Shown piece after piece: positions 52,866 to 64,000 of a stretch of 64,000 nucleotides of DNA. The DNA lies in contig NC_045698.1 in NCBI RefSeq assembly GCF_009834535.1, positions 2,544,001 through 2,608,000 on the forward strand, in the 5' to 3' direction. The stretch's first letter is position 1, and every line of letters begins with the position of its first letter. A program made the translations under genes and the position numbers. The notes beneath the pieces were generated by a model that saw only the letters and a list, made by a program, of their open reading frames with translations, made no database searches and was not told the DNA's origin. The stretch comes from Camelus ferus (Eukaryota).

Positions 52866-52945
52866 CTCCTACAATCAAACTTTCTTGAAACTCTTGCTTT
52901 CTCCTTGGTGGATGTTACTCCACTGCACAGACATGATGTGGTCAC
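52866..52945 (-). other. candidate exon a (80 nt)
   Basis: acceptor ttctaactacattaaaagtgtcacacag|G with consensus branch ttctaac but a weak pyrimidine tract; donor GGAG|gtgatt. Confidence 0.45.
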
Positions 52946-54189
52946 CTGTGTGACACTTTAATGTAGTTAGAATCTTACAGTTAGGATATCTCTAGAACTC
53001 CCCCATACATTTAATTTTTTTAAAGTTTAATTTTACACAATGCAAATTACAGTATAAAGTGATTTAAGACCAAAATACACTTAAAAAAACTAGTAGCTAA
53101 ATCAAAAAGAAAAACAAAATTGAAATTGATTTGTAATATTTTTTCTCATGAGCTGGTATAATGGTCATGTTAATATTTTAACTCTAATCATAGTAAAGAT
53201 GAACATGTAAACCTGCTATGTGTGCTTTGTAAATGAGCTAACTGAAATTCAGAACATTCAAATCAACAGTGAATTCAGTTGTCCTAGAAGAACACTGCTG
53301 AGAAGTCCCCAAGAAAGTCAATGAAACAGCTTTGAAAGAGAAATTTTTACTTCTCAATTATCTCTGAAAATGGAAAAACAGAAGGAAACGTTTTGGACAA
53401 AAATATATTCTTTCACACATTGTTGTACATTCAGAGGAATATGTTTTTCATTTGAACAATTCAGCATCCTTATTTCTAAGTAATATCTGTAAAAAACAAT
53501 TTTTTAAAGGATGAAACTTGCTTGAAGCTATCTGCATTTGTTAATGAATACAATAAGAGCATTTTATGTTGCTTTTATGTTAATAGGATTTCACTGTACT
53601 GCATAATCCTGTTTATAATTTTGCCTTAAAATATTTCTAAATTGACTACAAAATAATTTACTTTGTAAAAAAATCTTGAAAAAGACTAGTTTTACTATTC
53701 ATTTTATATTTTAATGCATTTCTTTTCATTTGTTTTCTTCAATAATGAAAAGAGCTAACATTTAAAGAGTGATTGAAGCATCTTGTGTATTAAATTGTTT
53801 GCCCACATCATCTCATGAAACCTATGCAATGATTCTTTGGGGTGGGTAATATTAAAAAAACATCATATAAATGTGTGTTTTTAAATATTCACTGAAATTC
53901 TTATTATAAAAAATAGGCTTATATATTGTGGAAATTAAGCTCTTGTCAGTCACAACTTTTGCAAATATTTCCTCCCATTCCATAGGTTGTCTTTTTGTTT
54001 TGTTTATGGTTTCCTTTGCTGTGCAGAAGCTTGCAAATTTAATTAGGTCCCATTTGTTTATTTTTGCTTTTATTTCTATTGCCTGGGTAGACTGTCCTAG
54101 AAGAACACTGCTGAGATGTATGTGAGATAATGTTTTGCCTATGTTTTCTCCAGGAGATTTATTGTGTCTTGTCTTATGTTTAAGTCTTT

Positions 54190-55069
54190 TTTTTTTTTAA
54201 CATTTTTTATTTATTTATAATCATTTTACAATGTTGTGTCAAATTCCAGTGTTCAGCACAATTTTTCAGTTATTCATGGACATATACACACTCATTGTCA
54301 CATTTTTTTCTCTGTGAGTTATCATAACATTTTGTGTATATTTCCCTGTGCTATACAGTGTAGTCTATTCTACAATTTTGAAATCCCAGTCTATCCCTTC
54401 CCACCCTCCACCCCCCCGGTAACCACAAGTCTGTATTCTCTGTCTGTGAGTCTATTTCTGTCCTTTATTTACGCTTTGTTTTTGTTTGTTTGTTTTTGTT
54501 TTTGTTTTTTAGATTCCACATATGAGTGATCTCATATGGTATTTTTCTTTCTCTTTCTGGCTTACTTCACTTAGAATGACATTCTCCAGGAGCATCCATG
54601 TTGCTGTAAATGGCATTATGTTGTCGGTTTTTATGGCTGAGTAGTATTCCATTGTATAAATATACCACATCTTCTTTATCCAGTCACCTGTTGATGGACA
54701 TTTAGGCTGTTTCCATGTTTTGGCTACTGTAAATAGTGCTGCTATGAACATTGGGGTGCAGGTGTCATCCTGAAGTAGATTTCCTTCTGGATACAAGCCC
54801 AGGAGTGGGATTCCTGGGTCATATGGTAAGTCTATTCCTAGTCTTTTGAGGAATCTCCACACTGTTTTCCATAGTGGCTGCACCAAACTGCATTCCCACC
54901 AGCAGTGTAGGAGGGTTCCCCTTTCTCCACAGCCTCTCCAGCATTTGTCATTTGTGGATTTTTGAATGACGGCCATTCTGAGTGGTGTGAGGTGATACCT
55001 CATTGTAGTTTTGATTTGCATTTCTCTGATAATTAGTGACATTGAGCATTTTTTCATGTGCTTTTTGAT
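54190..55069 (-). mobile_element. young 5'-truncated camelid-type L1 with perfect 13-bp TSD
   Basis: tgtttaagtcttt at 54177-54189 and 55070-55082; poly(T) on plus strand; endonuclease-type site tcttt/aa. Confidence 0.95.
54509..55057 (-). pseudogene. intact C-terminal fragment of L1 ORF2p (non-functional, 5'-truncated)
   Basis: [25 protein letters not shown]...[18 protein letters not shown]...[18 protein letters not shown]. Confidence 0.95.
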
Positions 55070-55790
55070 TGTTTAAGTCTTTAAGGCACTTTGAGTTTAT
55101 TTTTGTGTGTGGTGTGAGGGAGCATCCTAGCTTCACTGAGTCACAGGCTGCTGTTCAGCTTTCCCAGCACCACTTGCTGATGTTCTTGACTCCTTTGTCA
55201 AAGATTAATTGACCAAAACTTTGCAGGCTCATTTCTGGGCTCTGTGTTCTGTTCCACTGATCCATATGTCGATGTTTTTGTACCAATAATACCATGCTGT
55301 TTTGATTACTGTAGCTCATACAACTTAATAAGAAAAAAACAAACAACCCAATCCAAAAATGAGCAGAACCACTAAACAAGCAATTCTCTAATGAAGACAT
55401 ACTAATGGCCAATAGGCACATGAAAAATGCTCAATGTTCCTAATTATCAGAGAAATGCAAATCAAAACTACAATGAGGTATCACCTCACACCAGTCAGAA
55501 TGGCCATCATTCAAAAGTCCACAAACGATAAATTCTGGAGAGGGTGTGGAGAAAAGGGAACCCTCCTATATTATTGGTAGGAATGCAGTTTGGTGCGGCC
55601 ATTAAGGAGAACAGTATGGAAATTCTTCAAAAGACTGAAAATAGACTTACCAAATGATCCAGCAATTCCATTCCTGGGCATATATCCAGAGGGAACCTTA
55701 ATTCAAAAAGACACTTGCACCCCATTGTTCATAGCAGCACTATTTACAACAGCCAAGACATGGAAACAAACTAAATGTCCATCAACAGAT

Positions 55791-55793
<3 letters not shown>

Positions 55794-55846
<53 letters not shown>
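55794..55846. repeat. (AT)n microsatellite within L1
   Basis: direct reading. Confidence 0.97.
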
Positions 55847-55847
<1 letters not shown>

Positions 55848-56529
55848 CTCACCCATAAAAATAATAAAATAATGCCATTTGCAGCAACATGGATGGCCCT
55901 GGAGAATGTCATTCTAAATGAAGTAAGACTGAAAGAGAAAGAAAAATTTGGAATCTAAAAATAAAAAAAAGACAAACAAACTTATTTACAAAACAGAAAC
56001 AGACTCACAGACAGAAAATAAACTATGGTTACCAGTGGGGAAGAGGGTGGGAAGGGATAAATTGGGAGTTCGAGATTTGCAGATACTGACTGGTATGTAT
56101 AAAATAGATAAACAAGTTTATACAGTACAGCACAGGGAACTGTATTTGATATCTTGTAGTAGCTTATGGTGAAAAAGAATATGAAAATGAATATATGTAT
56201 ATTCATGTATGACTGAAGCATTGTGCTGTACACCAGAAATGAACACAATATTATAAACTGTACTTTAATTAAAAAACATGTTTATACTTTGCATTTTAAA
56301 CTTAGTGTTTGATACCAAGTATTTTAAATATAGTTTACTTATTTAATATTATTCTATTTATAAATGTATTTATCTTTTATTATTCTACTATTTGAATGGA
56401 CTCTCTTTAGCTAATCTCCACTACTAGACATTTATATTTTTTAAACAGTTTTTGCCAAGTCATAACTCAGTAAGATTCTCCAACATAAATCTTAGTGTTC
56501 TTTGATTATTCCAATCTAAAATTCTGTAT

Positions 56530-58785
56530 CATAGAAGAAACAGCATACAGATATTTATAGGAGCTTTATTCATAATTGTCAAAAAACTGACAGGAATTAA
56601 GTTGTCTTTCAATAGAATGGATCAACAGTTTGTGCTACACACATTTAATGAAATATTCACTGATAAAAAGAAATGAGCTAACAGGCTGCACAAAGCATGA
56701 AGAAGCCTTAAGTGCACCTCCCTGCACATTGCTAAATGAAAGTGCCAGCTGGAAAAGGCTACACCCTGACCCCATTCGTGAGGCGTTCTGGATGAGGGTG
56801 TGTCTACTGCAGACGTCATCTAGGCATCAGTGGTGGTCAAGAACGCCAGGGCTTGAGTAGGTAAAGCAAAGGGGATATTTCAGGGCGGTGAAACTATTCT
56901 GTATGGTGGATGCATTCACTCCTTTTGTTCTTTTTCTATTGAGTTATAGTCTGTTTACAATGTTGTGTTAATTTCTGGTGTACAGCACAGTTTTTCAGTT
57001 ATACATGAATGTACATATATTCATTTTCATATTCTTTTTCTTTTTTTTCACCATGAAATTGTTATGGTGGGTACATTCACTGTTTATTTGTTAAAATCCA
57101 TAGAGTTCTAGATCACAATGAGTAAACATTAATGTGTGCAAAATTGAAAAGTTCATTTAAGAGGCTGAGAAATCCCTTGTCTGAATGCATAATGTTACAA
57201 CTGTATTACAATCGTATGAACCACATCACTGAAGAGGGGGGGAGTGAGAAGGTGTTGACCTACATACACGTCTTTTTGAATAAATGGGATTTGTTAAAAA
57301 AAAGGAACTGCACAGAAGCACTGTACTCTAGTTGATAAAGTTGTTTTCCACAGGGATATATGCTAACAATTCTGGAAAAACTATACATGTACACTAGTAT
57401 TGAATAATTACATAAGTGGATGTGGATGGTGAGAGCCAGTTTTCTTACTGTTGGCGTGGGAAGTAACAGACAAGCAAAGAAGAAGGCTAAAACTCTCCAT
57501 GTGGTAATAGCTTAGAGTGGGAGACATCAGTATGAACCCATATTTAACTTGGTGTAGAAACAGGTAGTGTCACATAGATAGAGAGATAGATAGACAGACA
57601 GACAGATATGCATTTATGCATAGGTTGGAATCCACTCATACACTTCCTTGCTGAGAGGACCTGGAAACAATGACACCCCAGCATCAACAAAAACAGGTAA
57701 CTTGGCTAACCTTGGTTTCTACTACAATCCTCTAAGAAAAAGAATCAGGGAAATCTGGAGAAGAGCAGATGCTGGGACTGAGGCAGGAAACAGACGAAAC
57801 GAGGTTTGACTATCTTATATCTACCTTACATCTTGTAGCGCAAAAAATAAGGAAGTGCTCAAAGGAAAAGAGTCTGCACTGATACAGGTATGTCAAAGGG
57901 ACACAGAGCCTACCGCAGGCCCCGGTAATCAAATCTGAAAAAAAAAATTAAGCAACAAAGGAAATACAGTAGTATTGTATTAAATCCAAAGTATAAAATA
58001 AGTATCCATGAATCCAAACTAATATAAATAAATGAAAAATGAAAGGCAAGTAAATAAATGTGAGATTATAGAAACATCTTCTGTGCAGAATTCCAGATAA
58101 TTTACGTAGACATTCTATCCTGAGGGAGGTGGAACATAAATTCCCACATATTAAGTAGGAGCTGCACATTGTAACATCGTTCCAAAAGGCATAATATGAA
58201 AAGGGGCTAAAAAGAGTGACTCTATAGTTGGAAGAAAAACAACAGAGAACTACTACCTCAGCAAGATGGTTAAGGTTGTCATGTTGATAGTAACTACCCT
58301 TAATATGATGTGAGCAGAATGTCAATTTACCTTTTGTACTCTTCTGCACAACCCATAACCTCATCTAATCATGAGAAAACAGAAAGAAATAAAAAAACAT
58401 TAGAAATACACTAATACCTATTAAATGGCGTTCTATATCATACCTGATCAGTGCTTTTGAAAACTTGCAAGGACATCAAAAACCAGGAACGTCTGAGAAA
58501 CTGTCACAGCTAGAAGAGACATAGCCGCTAAACGTATTCTGGTATCCTGAGTGGGATGCTGGAACACACACAAAAGAAGCCATCTGGCAAAAACTAAGGA
58601 CATCTAAATAAAGCATAGTCTTTAGTCAACAATAATACATCAATACTGGCTCATTAATTGTGATAAATTAATGGAAGTTTTTAATAATGTAGAAAACTGG
58701 GGGTGAGCTATATGAGACTCACTGTACTATCCTTGTTATTGTTCAGTAAAACTAAAACCATTAAAAAATAAAAAAAATTACTTAA
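56530..58785 (+). mobile_element. old L1MC/L1MD-type 3' region, similar to 12.3-14.3 kb
   Basis: shared motifs: gtgttgaccta, caatgacaccccagca, aaggaagtgctca, ctgtcacagc.agag, aaaactaagga. Confidence 0.8.
56921..57062 (-). mobile_element. short L1 3'-end insertion with about 19-bp TSD
   Basis: tttacaatgttgtgttaatttctggtgtacagcacag; flanks tatggtggatgcattcact (56902-56920) / tatggtgggtacattcact (57063-57081). Confidence 0.75.
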
Positions 58786-58789
58786 ACAG

Positions 58790-61700
58790 CTCACTGAATG
58801 GGCTTAAGAGAACATCAGAGTCTACGTAAGAAATGGTTGTTAATTTGAATATTAACCAACAGAAAATTTCACATATGAAGAGTAGAGAGAAAATATACTG
58901 ACAAGAAATAAATAGATCCTGAATAGCCTATGAATTTTTTTTTCTATAATACATTTAATTTTAGACCCAGAGGGGGAGAAGTTAGGAATTGGAACAAAAA
59001 CAAATAAAAAATCAATGACCAAAAATATCCCAAACTGGGTGGAAAATACCAACCTAGACAACCAAGAAATAAACATATTCCAAGAAAAATAACCACATAT
59101 GGATATGGAAATGAACCTGGGGATGCAGTATTCAAACTGCTATGTACAAGAGTAAAACAAACAGCTTAAAAGCAGGGAGAGAAAAGAAAAGACACATTAT
59201 CTGCAGAGGAGCAACAAAACAAACGATGGCTGACTTGTCATCAAAAACAACGGACATCAGAATCATACAATGAATTTTTTAAGTGCTGAAAGGAAAAGAA
59301 AAAAATACCCAGTCAAAATCTCCTTTATAAATAGGGGTAAAAGATAAGTTTTCACAGGAGCAATAGCGGAGAGATTATGGAGCCAGTGGATCTGCACTAC
59401 AAAGATGCTGAGGACATTATTTATGCCAAAGGAAAATGAAAACAGATGGAAAAGAGCACAATAAGCAGTCATTTTGTGGGTGAACATAAAAGACCATCTT
59501 TTAAAAAATATTTGAAGACAAATTGTAAGACCAAAAAAAATTCTATTTATTAATGAATGCACTTGTAAAATAAATAACATTAGTCTAAAAGACAAGAATA
59601 AAAGTTATTTTACTTTTGAGAATTTCTTATGTTTCACTTGAATCAGCACATGTCGTCTCCATGTAGGACGTGGTAAGCTGAGAATGTACATACTAATTCC
59701 AAAAGCAATCAGAAACTATGACTATCTGTAGCTGCATATCCAACAGAGGAATTAAAATAGAGCACTTATAAATGTCACAACGATCCAAGAGAATTCAGAA
59801 ATGAGAGGAAAAATCAGATGAGACAACTAGAAAGCCAGTAGCAAGAAATAGTAGAAATAAAATAAACCGTATCAAAAATTTTATTAGAAAAAGAATGAGC
59901 ATTACAACTAAAGGCAGAGGCAGTCAAATACAAGTAAAAAATATCAGAGCCCAGTTGTCTGCTGTCTAAAATAATGCACTTTAAATGCAAGGGCTAAGAT
60001 ACCTTAAGAACACTAAGGTTAAAATTTGAAAAAATATATATAGCTTCTAAATTGTGAGCATAAGAACGCCACTGTGGATATATTTAGTATCAGAAAAACT
60101 TAACTTGAAGGCAAAAACTATTACCAAAGGTAAAAAGGGGCATTCCACAATAGTAAATGCACCAAATTATTTTCCCGATGTAGCAGCTGTAAATACATAC
60201 ATGCATAACAGCAAGCTCGGGTGGACATGAAGCAAACAGTAATGGAAATATTGGAGACTATAGCTGATTTACAATCATAGATGGAAATGTAACACCCTGT
60301 GCTCAGCACGTCATAGAATCACTGGACAAACTGCCCGTAAGTATGTAGATACTGAACAACACTGTCAGCCATCTAGCTTTGAGTGACACACTTAGGACAT
60401 TGTATCCAATAATGGCCGAATACACATTCTTCTTAAATGTACAGGAAATCATCAAGATAAATCATATATTTGGCCATAACATAATTAAAGCATTAACAAT
60501 AAAATATCTACAATGTTCTCAATAACACATTAGATGAAGAAAAAATCACAGAAAAAATTAAGAAATACTTCAAACAAAATGATAATAATAATAATACAAC
60601 ATATGAAAATTTGTGGGATTCAGCTAGAGCAGTGTTTAGAGGGAAATCTATATATTAAAGTGTTTATGTTAAGGAAGAAATGTTTATTATGCTTATTTTT
60701 GAAAAGATGAAAAAGTAGGTCAAAGAATGAATCATAACTAAAAAGAAGGAAGCAAATCAGAAATGTAACAGCAGAAATTATTAAAATAGGTAGCAAACAT
60801 ACAGAAGAATTTGACAAAGGCAGAAGTTTTTTTGAAATTATTATTAAAATGATAAGCATTTAACAAGACAGGTAGAGACATATATAATGAATTAAAATAT
60901 TATAAATTAGAGAGACTGCAGACTGTACAACTATTCAAAAGATAATACAACAAATAATTGTTGCCAATGAATTTTACAACTCAGAAAGCATAGAGATATT
61001 TCTTGTACAATATAATTTACTGAAATGGATTCAAGAAGAAATAATCTAAATAATTCTGTATATATATGAAATTGACTATATAAACCAACATACAAAAAAA
61101 TCCCCCAAGTAAAATTCCTGATTCAAATGGCTTTCTCAGAATTCTTTCAATCACTGAAGAAAGTTATAACACAAATATTTAATATTATTTTTTGTAGGGA
61201 ATTGGAAAGAGGGCCATTAATGTAGATTAAATAGAAAAAACAAAACTCTATTTGTAGACATTATTATAAGCATTTAAAAATCCTAAGGAATGTATATAAA
61301 TGTTACTTGAACTAATGAATGAATTAAGACACTAGAATACAAGGTCAACAAACAAAAATTACTTATTTCTTTTTGTACCGGCAGTGAACATTTAGAAATA
61401 AAATTAACTATTAGTTATGAAATAAATAAGATGCAAGGATATATTGTACAGCACAGAGAATATAGCCAATATTTTATAATAAATTTAAATGGAGTATAAC
61501 ATAAAATATTGAAATGCTATGTTGTACACCTGAAATTAATATGATGTTGTAAATCACCTATGCTTTAATAACAAAAGATATAAAATTAACAAAGCAATAC
61601 CACTTATAACAGCTTCAAAATATGATATCCTTAGGCCTGTACACTGAAAATTTAAAAATATTATTCAGGGAAAGTAAAGAAGATCTAAATAGATAGAATG

Positions 61701-63435
61701 ACATACCATGTTCATGGATCAGAAAGCTCAATATTTTTAAGATCAAAACCAATAATTTCTATGACTTTAAAATGAAAATCTCATCAGAATTTTATGGAAA
61801 TTTGATTTTAAAAATTTAATGAAAATGCAAATGACTGTTATTAGGAAACAAAACAACAAAAATAGCTTCATGAGTATAAACAGCATTGTCAGACAAATTA
61901 GTTGAAGTCTTTTTTTTTTTTTTTTTGGTACTATGTCCTCAAATTTAATAGATTATGTGTTGTATATATAAAAAGGAAAACTCTAAAAAAAAATAGTAAT
62001 AACCAGAACTTTTAAAAAATGAAGAACATAATTGGAAGACTTACACTATTTAATTTCATGACTGAGTATAAAATACTACAATCAAGTACAACCGGTATAT
62101 GAATAGATGCTTGGGTTAATGAAAGAGAAAAGACAGGCCAGAAATTAACACGCACACGTATGGTCAAACGCATCAAAGTATTTCAATGAGACAAGAATCT
62201 TTTCATTAAACAATGCTGGAGAAACTCTGTATTCCATTCACACACATGCACACACTAAACATCAATTCTTACCTAACACATCCGTATAATCTTTCCACAA
62301 AATATAGATTCACATGCATAATCTAAATCAGTAAGTTTTCTGGTAGAAAACACAGGAAAACTGGATAAATATACATTTAAAATAAAACTCTGTCACACTG
62401 ATCTTATACCTTACACAAAACAATAATTTGATATGGGTCATAAACCTGAACATAATCTAAAACTATAAAGCTTTTAGATTAAATATATATGATAATATTT
62501 TCACAACCTTGAGGTAGGCAAATATTTCTTAGAAAACAAAATAACTAACCATGAAAGAAAAGTAAATTGATAAATTGAACTTCATCAGATTTAAACATTT
62601 GTTTTTGTCAGAAGATACTTTTGAAGGAATTAAATATCCAGTCACAAATATAAAATACTTACAATTCATATACTCATATTATATAATGATGTTTTATAAA
62701 CCAATTGTGAAAAACAAACAACTCAATTAAATGTAGATATATGACTCGAACATTCCCTTAACAAGAAACATAGATAAAATGTCCAATAAGCTGATAAAAC
62801 CATGCTCAACATCACAATTTATGAATGGACCTCTAGTGTACATTCAAGTACTTTGGCATAAGGTTTGGCAACTGCCAATAAAGTTAAACTCACAACTATC
62901 CTATGATCCAACAGTTCCATCCTGCTATATTTACCCAAGAGAAATCAAAGCATGTATCACCAAAGAACTCGCTCAAGTATGTTTATTTTGGCTTTATGTA
63001 TAATAATCAAATACTGGAAATAACTCAAGTAATTACCAAGAGGAGAATGGACACAGATTTGCGATACGTACGCAACACTTACAGGTCTTAGTAATGAAAA
63101 GTTAAAGCTCTTAATACACATTTCAGTATGGATAGACCTCACAAACTTCACGCTGAGTGAAAGCAGGTGGGTATAACGGAGAACACGCCATATGTTTGCA
63201 TTCACATCGCGTTTAAGGGCACACAAAGCAAATCCACGTTGACAGAAATCAGAAACGTGGTTGTCTGTGGTGTGTGTGGAGGGCGTGAGAAAAATTCCTG
63301 AGGCCGTGGAAATGCTCTAAATCTCAACTAGGGTGTGGGTTAAATGGACCTATGTATTCATAAAAACCATCTAATTGTACACTTACAAACTCCTTATTTT
63401 ACTCTATGTAAATTTCACCCCGGTAAATAAATGAA
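58790..63435 (+). mobile_element. old decayed L1 (ORF1 remnant, ORF2, L1ME-like 3' UTR)
   Basis: A-rich plus strand with L1 landmarks (gaatacacattcttcttaaatgtaca, gaaaatttgtgggattcagctagagcagtgtttagagggaaat, ataccatgttcatggat, tatgatccaacagttcca). Confidence 0.8.
61409..61575 (+). mobile_element. short L1 3' end nested in the old L1, 15-bp TSD
   Basis: atattgtacagcacagagaatatagccaata...tgttgtacacctgaaattaata; flanks agaaataaaattaac (61394-61408) / agatataaaattaac (61576-61590). Confidence 0.8.
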
Positions 63436-63469
63436 TTTAATTATTTCTCCATTCTTTCTGTAATCTAGA

Positions 63470-63900
63470 GCTGTGTACGTATTATGTCACATCTAATTCT
63501 TGTAAGATAAAATAATTGATACATAAAAGTGTAGTTTTCTATATTTCAAACTACTTTTCTTCATGCATTTTTTTACATCATCAGCCTGTAGAGCTTGGTG
63601 AGAACTTAATCACCATTTTATATGTACATTTTATCAATACAAATTATTTTCTTTGTATCACTTACCTTTCTGAAGTTTGAATTCTACTTTAGCATTGATA
63701 TTGCCACTCTGTTTGCTAATATACTTAACTTATTTCTAATTCTTCTACTGTTTTTAGCTTTAGGCTTGTCACCTGTAAACAGATTTTAGTTGAGTTTTTT
63801 TTTTAATATGGTTAATTATTTTGTGTTTATTTTCATAACTGATCGTTTTAATTATTACCTTCTCTTATGCTTTAGTTTTATTAGACACTACCTTCTTTGC
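63470..63900 (-). mobile_element. probable old L1 fragment in opposite orientation
   Basis: T-rich; tctacttt..attgatattgccact...cctgtaaacag...tagttgagtttttt resembles antisense ORF2 endonuclease region. Confidence 0.45.
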
Positions 63901-64000
63901 TGTTTTGGCCTCTAGTGATTTCAAAGGTACAATTTCAACTATTAAATTAAAGGATGCCTACAAGCTAATTTTTTTTTTTTTTTATTACCAACATATAGAA

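Larger units (their letters stand above)
53919..56276 (+). mobile_element. 5'-inverted (twin-primed) L1: inverted ORF2 segment 53919-55312, sense segment 55313-56276 with 3' UTR and A tail
   Basis: the minus segment ends at ...LISTIYK and the plus segment begins LIQLNKKK, which are adjacent in L1 ORF2; degenerate TSD aaaaaataggcttata (53908-53923) / aaaaaacatgtttata (56271-56286). Confidence 0.75.

Noticed and set aside
40293..52945. Assigning a gene symbol to the candidate transcript
   Set aside because: Neither frame matched any protein I can recall; a database search is needed

Overview
Mammalian genomic DNA, very probably camelid (Camelus/Vicugna). This is inferred from a tRNA-derived SINE and young L1 3' ends that resemble camelid families as I recall them; no database was searched. 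No known gene could be recognised. Positions 1 to ~50.7 kb are GC/CpG-rich, repeat-poor sequence with a few MaLR/ERV LTRs, hAT DNA transposons, MIR/L2 relics, one old L1 (10.4-14.6 kb) and several AT-rich blocks that look like conserved enhancers. From ~50.7 kb to the end the sequence is AT-rich and dense in nested L1s, including a twin-primed 5'-inverted L1 carrying a younger L1 with a perfect 13-bp TSD. The best candidate for something undescribed is a minus-strand spliced transcript at 40.2-52.9 kb: six exons read by eye with canonical splice sites, phase-compatible open frames and a poly(A) signal. A promoter-like CpG island (41.7-42.3 kb) lies in its last intron. Its coding status and identity are unproven. 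Almost all ORFs in the supplied track are chance ORFs of GC-rich DNA or repeat-derived.
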